Assembly: GCA_963728915.1 (NCBI GenBank)
Contig: CAVSLV010000002.1
Coordinates: 320,001 to 384,000 of the forward strand
Length of the DNA stretch: 64,000 bases
Origin: an uncultured Gemmatimonadales bacterium
GTDB taxonomy: Bacteria; Gemmatimonadota; Gemmatimonadetes; Gemmatimonadales; GWC2-71-9
Reading direction: 5' to 3'
This document shows positions 49,212 to 57,264 of the stretch, in pieces (position 1 is the stretch's first letter; each line of letters begins with the position of its first letter). A program made the translations under genes and the position numbers. The notes beneath the pieces were generated by a model. It ran no database searches and was not told where the DNA came from. It saw only the letters and a program-made list of their open reading frames with translations.

Positions 49212-49825
49212 CCGAGCTTCGGTCCCAGGTAGAGGCAGGTGAAGACCACCAGCCACACCCCATCGACGAAGTGCCAGTAGAGCGAGGTGGTCGCCACTCC
49301 GAGCCGGCGCCCCGCGCCGAAGTGGCCGAGCACTGCGCGGACCAGCGTATACCCCATCAGGAGTAAACCAAAGCACAGGTGCGCGGCGTGAAACGACGTG
49401 ATGGTGTAGAACGCCGAGGCGTAGGCGTGGGTCGTCGGCAGGATGTGCTCGATTCGGATCTTGTGGTAGTACTCGTACCCGAACAGTCCGAGAAAACCGA
49501 GTCCTAACCCGATCGCTCCGAGCAGCCCGGCGATCAGCTGGTTGCGGTTCCCCTTCTTGATCCCGCGTTCTCCCCAGTGCAGCGCCGCGCTGCTCAGGAG
49601 CAGGATCGTGGTCATGAGCATGGGCCTCGGCAGTCCGGGCGGGGCGATGCCGGGAGGCGGCCAGGCAGGACTCCGGGAGCCCAGGTAGAAGTAGCTCCCG
49701 AGCAGATAGGCGAAGAGGCTGAGTTCGGTCGCGCAGAGCAGCGCCATTCCCCACCAGCCCCAGGTCGCGTGGGGACGGTCGGCCCGCGGCAGCCGGTAGT
49801 CGAGAGGGATCGCGGGGGAGCTCAT
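49208..49825 (-). CDS. coxC: Cytochrome c oxidase subunit III (short, 5-TM)
   Basis: WGM.L.CATE..LF, SAFYTITSFHAAH and LYWHFVD.VW motifs. Confidence 0.9.
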   Translation of the reverse strand: MSSPAIPLDYRLPRADRPHATWGWWGMALLCATELSLFAYLLGSYFYLGSRSPAWPPPGIAPPGLPRPMLMTTILLLSSAALHWGERGIKKGNRNQLIAGLLGAIGLGLGFLGLFGYEYYHKIRIEHILPTTHAYASAFYTITSFHAAHLCFGLLLMGYTLVRAVLGHFGAGRRLGVATTSLYWHFVDGVWLVVFTCLYLGPKLG

Positions 49826-51715
49826 TCAGACCTCGGTCCGGTCGACTCGAGCGAGCCTGGGCCACATCCAGCGCCCGATCGCGAAGAGGGAAGCCAGCGC
49901 GGAGGCGATCGTCACCCAGGTCCATCCCAGCAGCAGGCCGATCGACGCCAGGAGCAGGGTGACCGCGATCACCACAGTCCACAGATTCCCTTCGGGGAGC
50001 TCCTCCGCCGCTTCGAGCTCTCCGTCCAGCGCGGAGGTCCGCGGGGTCAGCCGTTTCTCGTCGAATGCGGGCCCGGGTGCGAGACCGCCGTCCCAAAGGG
50101 GAGTCTGGCTGCTCACGACCGGGATGCGGGCAAAGTTGTAGTCGGGCGGCGGCGAGCTGGTGGCCCACTCCAGGCTGTGGGCCCCCCAGGGGTCGGGACC
50201 GGCCGGGCGGCCGCCCCGGTAGCTCCGGAGCAGGTTCCAGAGGGTGAGCAGAGTGCCGGTCGCGAACACCAGGGCGCCGATGGTGGAAGCGAGGTTCATG
50301 GCGGCCACCCCCGGGTTAGGCGCGTACGTGTAGATCCGCCGTACCATGCCGAGGAGCCCGGCGATGTGCATCGGGAAAAAGGCCAGATTGAAGCCGACCA
50401 ACATCACCCAGAAACTCGCTTTGCCGAGCCGCTCATCCAGCAGGCGCCCCCGCATCTTGGGAAACCAGTAGTAGAGCGCCGCGAAGAGGGCGAACAGCGA
50501 GCCGCCCGCCAGGACGTAGTGGAGGTGGGCGACCACGAAGTAGGTATCGTGCGCCTGCCAGTCGAAGGGAACCACCGCCGTCATGACCCCGCTGATGCCT
50601 CCCAGCACGAATTGCACGATGAAGCCGAGGGTGAACAGCATCGGGGTCTTGAGGACCACTTTGCCGTGCCACATCGTGGCGATCCAGGCGAAGACCTGGA
50701 CCGCGCTGGGGATGGAGACCACCATGCTGCCGGCACTGAAGAAGCCCACCGAGATCTGCGGCAGGCCGGTGACGAACATGTGGTGGGCCCAGACCCCGAA
50801 GCCGGCAAGGCCGGTGGCGATGGTGGCCCCGACGATCAGGTTGTGGCCGACCATCGGTCGCCGGCTCATCGCGGGGATGATCATCGAAAGCATGCCGGTG
50901 GCGGGGAGAAAAACGATGTAGACCCAGGGATGCCCGAAGACCCAGAAGAGATGCTGCCAGAGCAGTGGGCTCCCACCCAGCGCCGGATCGAAAAAACCGA
51001 AGTGCCAGCGCCGGGCCAGCTCGAGAAACACCAGGGCGACCGTGAGCGCCGGAATGGAGAACACCACCGCGAAGGACGTGGTGAGCGAGCTCCACAGCAT
51101 GAGCGGGATCTTGTCGAGCGACATCCCCGGCGCCCGCAGTTTGAAGATCGTGACGATGAGGTTGATCGCGCCGGCAGTGGTCGAGACCCCGAGCAACAGG
51201 AGTCCCAGGGCATAGAAGTCGATGTTGTAACCCGGGGTGTACAGCGAGGTGAGCGGGGTGTAGTTGAACCAGCCGCCGTTGGGCGCCTGGCCGATCAGAA
51301 AGCTCGCATAGAGAAAGAGTCCCGCGAGCAGAAAGCCGTAATACGAGAAGGTATTGAGCCGCGGAAAAGCCAGCTCTCGCGCTCCGATCAGGAGAGGAGT
51401 GAGATAGAAGGAGAATCCCGAGAGCACCGGCTGAACGAACAGGAACATCATGGTGGTGCCGTGCATCGTGAAGAGCTGGTTGAACGCCGCGGGAGAAAGC
51501 AGATGGTTTTCGGGGCGGATCAGCTGAAGCCGAAGCAGGATCGCTTCGACTCCTCCCAGGAAGAGAAAGACCGAAGCGGTGACGATGTAGCGGATGCCAA
51601 GCGTCTTGTGGTCGACCGTGGCGATCCAGCCGAGGAGGGTGGAAGGCGTCTCCCAGAGCCTGGTCAGCCGCTCGGATACCTGGGGATCATGCCGGAGTTC
51701 GATCGGAGCGCTCAT
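49826..51715 (-). CDS. ctaD: Heme-copper oxidase subunit I (family A-like, atypical channel residues)
   Basis: TVDHK, TMHGTTM, FPRLN, GHPWVY, VWAHHMF, HDTYFVVAHLHY and GMVRR motifs. Confidence 0.93.
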   Translation of the reverse strand: MSAPIELRHDPQVSERLTRLWETPSTLLGWIATVDHKTLGIRYIVTASVFLFLGGVEAILLRLQLIRPENHLLSPAAFNQLFTMHGTTMMFLFVQPVLSGFSFYLTPLLIGARELAFPRLNTFSYYGFLLAGLFLYASFLIGQAPNGGWFNYTPLTSLYTPGYNIDFYALGLLLLGVSTTAGAINLIVTIFKLRAPGMSLDKIPLMLWSSLTTSFAVVFSIPALTVALVFLELARRWHFGFFDPALGGSPLLWQHLFWVFGHPWVYIVFLPATGMLSMIIPAMSRRPMVGHNLIVGATIATGLAGFGVWAHHMFVTGLPQISVGFFSAGSMVVSIPSAVQVFAWIATMWHGKVVLKTPMLFTLGFIVQFVLGGISGVMTAVVPFDWQAHDTYFVVAHLHYVLAGGSLFALFAALYYWFPKMRGRLLDERLGKASFWVMLVGFNLAFFPMHIAGLLGMVRRIYTYAPNPGVAAMNLASTIGALVFATGTLLTLWNLLRSYRGGRPAGPDPWGAHSLEWATSSPPPDYNFARIPVVSSQTPLWDGGLAPGPAFDEKRLTPRTSALDGELEAAEELPEGNLWTVVIAVTLLLASIGLLLGWTWVTIASALASLFAIGRWMWPRLARVDRTEV

Positions 51716-51795
51716 GCGCTCGCCCTGTGCACCGCACCCGCCTCCTCACCGGTCGCAGTTCAGAGACGCCCGCGGGCCGGGAATCGTGCACCTCA

Positions 51796-51851
51796 GGACA
51801 GGCGGACAGGCGGACAGGCGGACAGGCGGACAGGCGGATGGGTGGATGGGG
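51796..51851 (+). repeat. 8-mer tandem repeat GGACAGGC x5 plus 2 degenerate units
   Basis: Five perfect units at 51796-51835, then GGATGGGT GGATGGGG. Confidence 0.85.
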
Positions 51852-51852
51852 A

Positions 51853-51957
51853 ATGGCCAGGGGAGGAATCGAACCGAGTCGGCCCTCCGGGCTACGAGGA
51901 AGAGCGAGCGCAGCGAGCTCAACCGCCGAGAGCGAAACCGCGCCTGGGCCGGAGGGT
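51853..51957 (-). repeat. tRNA-linked repeat: duplicated tRNA-Phe 3' end plus hairpin-forming spacer
   Basis: 51853-51876 matches 51970-51993 at 23/24 nt. An internal CCCTCCGG...CCGGAGGG inverted repeat is present. Confidence 0.7.
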
Positions 51958-51970
51958 ATTCAGGGGAGCA

Positions 51971-52043
<73 letters not shown>

Positions 52044-52064
52044 CCGGAGGGCGACAATATATAA

Positions 52065-52092
52065 GTGACCGGTGACCGGTAACCAGTGACCG
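52065..52092. repeat. 7-mer tandem repeat GTGACCG x4 (one degenerate) between divergent tRNA and upp promoters
   Basis: GTGACCG GTGACCG GTAACCA GTGACCG. Confidence 0.6.
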
Positions 52093-52121
52093 GCACGCCT
52101 CAGGTCGTATATTTCCTTGAC

Positions 52122-52766
52122 ATGCCCCACCCCCGGTTTCCGAACCTCACCGTCCTGGAGCACCCCCTGATCCAGCACAAGCTGGCTATCCTCCGGGACA
52201 AGGCCACTTCGGTCAAGGACTTCAAACAGCTGGTCAACGAGATCGCGATGCTGATGACCTACGAGGTCACTCGTGACCTCGTCACGCAGGACGTCGAGAT
52301 CGAGACGCCCCTGGAGCGGATGACCGCCCGCAAAGTCGCGGGAAAGAAGCTCACCCTGGTTCCCATCCTCCGCGCCGGCCTTGGAATGGTCGAAGGCATC
52401 ACCCAGCTCATTCCCTCGGCCCGGGTGGGGCACGTCGGTCTGTTCCGCGACCACGAGACCCTCAAGCCGGTCAGCTATTACTTCAAGGTGCCCGCCGCGG
52501 AAACCGATCGGGACTTCTTTCTCCTCGATCCCATGCTCGCCACCGGGGGCTCCGCGGTGGCCGCGGTCGACAAGGTGATCGCTTCCGGTGCGACCCGGGT
52601 CCGATTCCTTTGCCTGGTCGCCGCGCCCGAAGGAGTGCAGGCCATGCTCGACACGCATCCGACGGTTCCGGTGTTCGCCGCCGCGCTCGATCGGGAGCTC
52701 AACCGCCAGGGATACATCCTGCCGGGGCTGGGCGACGCGGGTGATCGCATCTTCGGAACCCGATAG
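52122..52766 (+). CDS. upp: Uracil phosphoribosyltransferase
   Basis: HPLIQHKL..LRD, PILRAGLGM, LLDPMLATGGS and YILPGLGDAGDRIFGT motifs. Confidence 0.97.
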   Translation: MPHPRFPNLTVLEHPLIQHKLAILRDKATSVKDFKQLVNEIAMLMTYEVTRDLVTQDVEIETPLERMTARKVAGKKLTLVPILRAGLGMVEGITQLIPSARVGHVGLFRDHETLKPVSYYFKVPAAETDRDFFLLDPMLATGGSAVAAVDKVIASGATRVRFLCLVAAPEGVQAMLDTHPTVPVFAAALDRELNRQGYILPGLGDAGDRIFGTR

Positions 52767-52770
52767 CCCC

Positions 52771-54159
52771 GTGGCCACCAAGCTCACCTTCTGGGGCGCG
52801 GCCGGCCAGGTCACCGGCTCGATGCACCTGATCGAGGCCGCCGGGGCCCGGATCCTCCTCGACGCCGGGCTTTTCCAGGGCCACCGGGCCGAGGCCGCCG
52901 CCTTGAACACGAATCTTCCGTTCGATGCCCGCCGTATCGATGCGGTGGTGCTGAGCCATGCCCATCTCGACCACATCGGCCGGGTGCCGCTGCTGGTTCG
53001 CCACGGCTACCATGGCCCCATCTACGCCACGCCGGCCACCCGGGATCTCTGCGCCGCCATGCTTCCCGACGCGGCCAAGATCCAGGAGAACGACGCCGAG
53101 CACCTGGCCCGCCACGGGAAGAAAAGTCCCGCCAGCGAGCCGCTCTACACCATGGCGGACGCCCTGGCGGCTCAGGATCTCATCGTCGGGCTTCCCTATC
53201 ACCGGATTCACTACCTGCGCAAGAACCTGGCGTTCGAGTACACCGACGCCGGCCACATCCTCGGTTCGGCGTCGGTCGATTTGCGGGTTACCGAGGGAGG
53301 AAACCGCCGCATCGTGTTCTCGGGCGACATCGGACGCTATTCCCTCCCGATCATCCGGGATCCCGATCCGCCCACCGGACCGATGGACGCGCTGATCGTG
53401 GAATCCACCTACGGCAATCGCGACCACGATGCCCTGCTGGGTTCCCGCGACAAGCTCGGTGAGATCGTGAAACGGGTCGCGGCCCGGGGCGGAAAAATCC
53501 TGATCCCCGCCTTCGCGCTGGGCCGCACTCAGGAGCTCCTGTACGCCCTGCACGAGCTCTCCGCGGCCGGCCGGATCCCCGCCCTGCCGATCTATGTGGA
53601 CAGCCCGCTCGCGGTCGAGGTCACCACGGTATTCCGGCTGCACCCCGAGGTGTACGACCAGCGGGAGAACCTGATCGCGAACGCGAACCAGATCTTCCAG
53701 CTTCCCCTGCTGCGGTACGTTCGGAGTGTCGACGAATCACGCGCCCTCAATACCCTTACCGGGCCCGCGATTATCATGGCGGGATCGGGAATGGCGGAGT
53801 CCGGCCGGATTCTCCATCACCTGATCCATCATGGCGGTGATAGCAGGAACTGCATCCTGTTCGTGGGCTTCCAGGCGGAACATACCCTTGGCCGGCGGAT
53901 CGAATCGGGGGCGAAAGAGGTCCGGATTTTCGGTGATCCGCACGAGATTCACGCCGAGGTCGCTAGCTTGAGCGGCTATTCGGCCCACGCCGATCGCACC
54001 GAGCTGCGTCGCTGGGTCCGCCAGCTCGGTGGCCCGATTCGCCGGGCCTTCGTAGTCCACGGGGAGCCGGCGGCGGCGAATGCGATGGCCTCGATCCTCA
54101 AGGAAGAAGGGGTGGCCGAAACGGTGGTCCCCCAGATGGGAGATTCGTTCGACTTGTGA
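52771..54159 (+). CDS. MBL-fold beta-CASP ribonuclease (YSH1/TTHA0252-like)
   Basis: GAAGQVTGS, SHAHLDHIG, AGHILGS, SGDIG, ESTYG, YSAHAD and VHGE motifs. Confidence 0.9.
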   Translation: MATKLTFWGAAGQVTGSMHLIEAAGARILLDAGLFQGHRAEAAALNTNLPFDARRIDAVVLSHAHLDHIGRVPLLVRHGYHGPIYATPATRDLCAAMLPDAAKIQENDAEHLARHGKKSPASEPLYTMADALAAQDLIVGLPYHRIHYLRKNLAFEYTDAGHILGSASVDLRVTEGGNRRIVFSGDIGRYSLPIIRDPDPPTGPMDALIVESTYGNRDHDALLGSRDKLGEIVKRVAARGGKILIPAFALGRTQELLYALHELSAAGRIPALPIYVDSPLAVEVTTVFRLHPEVYDQRENLIANANQIFQLPLLRYVRSVDESRALNTLTGPAIIMAGSGMAESGRILHHLIHHGGDSRNCILFVGFQAEHTLGRRIESGAKEVRIFGDPHEIHAEVASLSGYSAHADRTELRRWVRQLGGPIRRAFVVHGEPAAANAMASILKEEGVAETVVPQMGDSFDL

Positions 54160-54761
54160 AGCGGGTGCTGCGTTGGGCGGGTGGGGTGGCGGGGGTGCTG
54201 GCGGTGGGATACCTGGTCGTTCTCGCCTGGGTTTTCCGGGTAAGTCGCCTCGACCAGCGGGAACCCGCCGACGCCATCGTGGTCCTGGGCGCGGCGCAGT
54301 ACAACGGCCGCCCGTCGCCGGTCCTCAAGGCCAGGCTCGACCATGCGCTGGACCTGTACCGCGCCGGGCTCGCCCCCACCCTGGTGGTGACCGGGGGGAT
54401 CGGGAGCGGGGATCGGATGAGTGAAGCGACCGTGGGCCATCGCTACCTGCGGGCCCACCAGGTTCCCGATTCCGCCATCGTGGTGCGGCCCGACGGAAGA
54501 ACCACCGACGAGTCGATGCAATCGGTGGGAGAATGGATGCACGATCATGAGCACACCCGCATGCTCCTGGTCAGTGACCCCTTCCACATGGCCCGGCTCA
54601 GGCTCGAGGCCCGAAGCACCGGGCTCAAGGTCAGCACCTCTCCGACCCGGACCAGTCCGATCGTGCCGGGCAGCCGCACTGAATTCGGCTATCTTGCCGA
54701 AGAGGCGCTCAAGCTTCCCGTGGCGGCAGTCCATCTGATGTTCCGGAAACCCAAACCATGA
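54156..54761 (+). CDS. YdcF/DUF218 (ElyC/SanA-like) membrane-anchored protein
   Basis: ADAIVVLGA, RLDHA, VTGG..SEA and VSDPFHMAR motifs. Confidence 0.85.
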   Translation: MKRVLRWAGGVAGVLAVGYLVVLAWVFRVSRLDQREPADAIVVLGAAQYNGRPSPVLKARLDHALDLYRAGLAPTLVVTGGIGSGDRMSEATVGHRYLRAHQVPDSAIVVRPDGRTTDESMQSVGEWMHDHEHTRMLLVSDPFHMARLRLEARSTGLKVSTSPTRTSPIVPGSRTEFGYLAEEALKLPVAAVHLMFRKPKP

Positions 54762-55297
54762 CTTTGCTTCGCGCCGAACGCCGCTACAACGGGCGGATCA
54801 TCAATCTCGACGTGGATACCGTGCGCTTCCCGGACGGGTCGCAGGGAGAGCTGGAGATGATTCGGCATCCCGGGGCCGCGGCGGTGGTGCCCTTCCTCGA
54901 TCCGCCGGGCGGGAACGATCCCCGCATTCTCCTGGTGCACCAGTTCCGCCATGCGGCGGAAGGCTGGTTGTGGGAGGTTCCCGCCGGAACCCTCCGCCAG
55001 GGAGAGCACCCTGACGCCTGCGCGCGGCGTGAGCTCACCGAAGAGGCCGGCGTCGAGGCGAAGCGCCTCACCCGACTGACCACCGTGTTCACGACCCCGG
55101 GATTCACCGACGAGCAAATCCATCTCTACCTGGCGACCGACCTGGTCCCCATGGCGCTGGCCCATGATCAGGACGAGTTCATCACGGTCCACGAGAAGCG
55201 CTGGAGGGAGGTGGGCAGGATGATCCGCACGGGAAAAATCCGCGACGCGAAGAGTCTGTGCGCGCTCATGTACGTCCAATCGTTCGTCCGGAAATAG
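54758..55297 (+). CDS. NUDIX hydrolase (ADP-ribose pyrophosphatase-like)
   Basis: HPGA, QFRH, EVPAG...CARRELTEEAG Nudix box, TPGF.DE and IRDAKS. Confidence 0.9.
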   Translation: MTLLRAERRYNGRIINLDVDTVRFPDGSQGELEMIRHPGAAAVVPFLDPPGGNDPRILLVHQFRHAAEGWLWEVPAGTLRQGEHPDACARRELTEEAGVEAKRLTRLTTVFTTPGFTDEQIHLYLATDLVPMALAHDQDEFITVHEKRWREVGRMIRTGKIRDAKSLCALMYVQSFVRK

Positions 55298-55303
55298 CCC
55301 CCG

Positions 55304-56368
55304 GTGCCACGCGTCGGCTTCGAAGCCTTCTCGAAACAGCTCAAGCGGGGCGAGATCCCCGCGGCGCTTTACCTCTACGGGGAGGAAGACGTCCTCAAGG
55401 AGGAGGTTGTTCACGCCATCATCGACCGGGTCCTCGATGCCGGCGCCCGCGACTTCAACCTGGACCGAAGAAGCGCCGCGCAGCTCGATCCCGAAACGAT
55501 CGAAACCCTCTGTACCACGCTGCCGATGATGGCGGAGCGGCGCGTGGTCGTCGTGAAGGACGTCGAGGCCTGGGGCAAGCGCGCGAGTGCCCGGTCCGCG
55601 ATGCTCCGTTATCTCGAACGCCCAGTCCCCGAGACCGTCCTGATTCTGGTGCAGGGCGCGCCGCGCCGCGATGAACGGGAACAGGAGGACGCCGACCTTT
55701 CCCGGCTCGCGACCGCGGTCCAGATGGACGCGTATCCGCCCCGACTCGCGGAGAAGTGGGTCTTGAAACGGGCGCTGGACCGCGGGATCGCGTTGACTCC
55801 TGAGGCAGCGGCCCACCTGGTCCGCGCCGTCCAGGGCTCACTGGGCGCGGCCCGGAGCGAGCTCGACAAGCTCGCCGGCCTCGGCGCCACGGAGCCGATC
55901 GGGGTCGAAACCCTCGCGGGCATGTTGGGGATCAGGCGGGGTGAGACCCCGGACGACTGGTGCGAAGCGGTGATCGAAGACCGCACTGGCCCGGCGTGCG
56001 AGATGCTGCCCCACGTCCTCGCCTCTCCCGGGGTCTCCGGTGCCTCGCTGCTGATCCAGCTCGGGACCCACCTCATCGGCCTGGGGGTGGCGCGGAGCGC
56101 CTTCGAAACGGGAAGCCGGGGTGGCGCGCTCGAACGGGCGGTGTTTGGTTCCCTGCTTCGCGCTCGCCCTCCCCGGCTCGACTACCGGGCTGCTTCGGCG
56201 CTCTGGTCCCGGGTGATCGCGCCGTGGCCCCTCGAAAGAATCGGCGGGGCCATTCGTGCGGCCCGAGAAGCCGATCGCCGGCTCAAGTCGACCACCGTGT
56301 CCGATGAGCGGGGAATCCTGGTCGACTTGCTGATGGAGATTTCGCCGATGATCGGAGCGGCCGCGTGA
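55304..56368 (+). CDS. holA: DNA polymerase III subunit delta
   Basis: LYLYGEED, DFN, TLPMMAERRVVVVK, ELDKL and ADRRLKS motifs. Confidence 0.88.
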   Translation: MPRVGFEAFSKQLKRGEIPAALYLYGEEDVLKEEVVHAIIDRVLDAGARDFNLDRRSAAQLDPETIETLCTTLPMMAERRVVVVKDVEAWGKRASARSAMLRYLERPVPETVLILVQGAPRRDEREQEDADLSRLATAVQMDAYPPRLAEKWVLKRALDRGIALTPEAAAHLVRAVQGSLGAARSELDKLAGLGATEPIGVETLAGMLGIRRGETPDDWCEAVIEDRTGPACEMLPHVLASPGVSGASLLIQLGTHLIGLGVARSAFETGSRGGALERAVFGSLLRARPPRLDYRAASALWSRVIAPWPLERIGGAIRAAREADRRLKSTTVSDERGILVDLLMEISPMIGAAA

Positions 56369-57264
56369 GACACCTTCGACTTCCGGCCATCGCGGCCTTC
56401 CTGTTGCTCGCCGTATCCAGTCGGGATCTCCGGGCCCAGAACGACCCCCGTCTCGTGGCGGCGGTGCGTCTCGCTCATGACGGCATGTCCGATTCGGCCC
56501 GGAGCGTGGTGGGGCGAATGCTCGCGGCGACCGAACCCACCGATTCCATCTATCCCGAAGTGCTCTACACCGCCGGCATTCTCGCCTCCACCGAGCGGGA
56601 TCGCCGGCTGGCGTTTCGCCGGGTGGTGGTGGAATACGCCCAATCCGACTGGGCGGACGATGCGTTGCTTCAGCTCGCGCAGCTGGACTATGCCGCGGGA
56701 AACCCCGAGGGGACCGTGCACCAGGTGGAGCAGCTCATTCGCGACTATCCCGAGAGCCCCCTCCAGGCCGGCGCCTCCCTGTGGGGCTCCCGTGCCGCCA
56801 ATGACCGGCGCGATCCCGCGACGGGATGCCGACTCGCTGATCTGGGCCTGGCGGCGGTGGGCAGCGACGTCGAGCTCCGGAATCAGCTCGAGTTCCAGCG
56901 GCAACGCTGCCGCAGCCTGGGCGCGATGCAGGCGGAGGCCGTGCGCGCCGCCGCGGAAGACTCCGCCACGAAAGCCCGCGCCGATTCCGCTGCCAAAGCC
57001 CGAGGCGGGCCTCCCGCAGGGAAACCGCAGCCTCCCAAGCGCGACGGTTTCTTCGTCCAGCTCTCCGCGGTCGGCACTCAGGCGGCGGCCAACGCCGAAG
57101 TGGCACGGTTCCGGGGTGCGGGGTTCACACCGGTCATCGTCCGCGAAAGCGGGCTCTTCAAGATCCGGATCGGACCGTACGCGACCCGCGGTGAAGCGGA
57201 TACGGCGCTCACGCGGGCCCGGGGTCGGTTCGGGGGCCGGCCCTTCGTGGTCCACGTCCCGTGA
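56365..57264 (+). CDS. Secreted TPR + SPOR domain protein
   Basis: Signal peptide, TPR-like helices (ADDALLQLAQ, IRDYPES) and C-terminal SPOR (FVQLSA..FKIRIGPY). Confidence 0.8.
   Translation: MRHLRLPAIAAFLLLAVSSRDLRAQNDPRLVAAVRLAHDGMSDSARSVVGRMLAATEPTDSIYPEVLYTAGILASTERDRRLAFRRVVVEYAQSDWADDALLQLAQLDYAAGNPEGTVHQVEQLIRDYPESPLQAGASLWGSRAANDRRDPATGCRLADLGLAAVGSDVELRNQLEFQRQRCRSLGAMQAEAVRAAAEDSATKARADSAAKARGGPPAGKPQPPKRDGFFVQLSAVGTQAAANAEVARFRGAGFTPVIVRESGLFKIRIGPYATRGEADTALTRARGRFGGRPFVVHVP

Noticed and set aside
52771..54159. Metallo-beta-lactamase resistance gene or defence nuclease
   Set aside because: Its beta-CASP RNase motifs and housekeeping context (upp, nudix, holA, mutS) indicate an ordinary RNA-processing enzyme.
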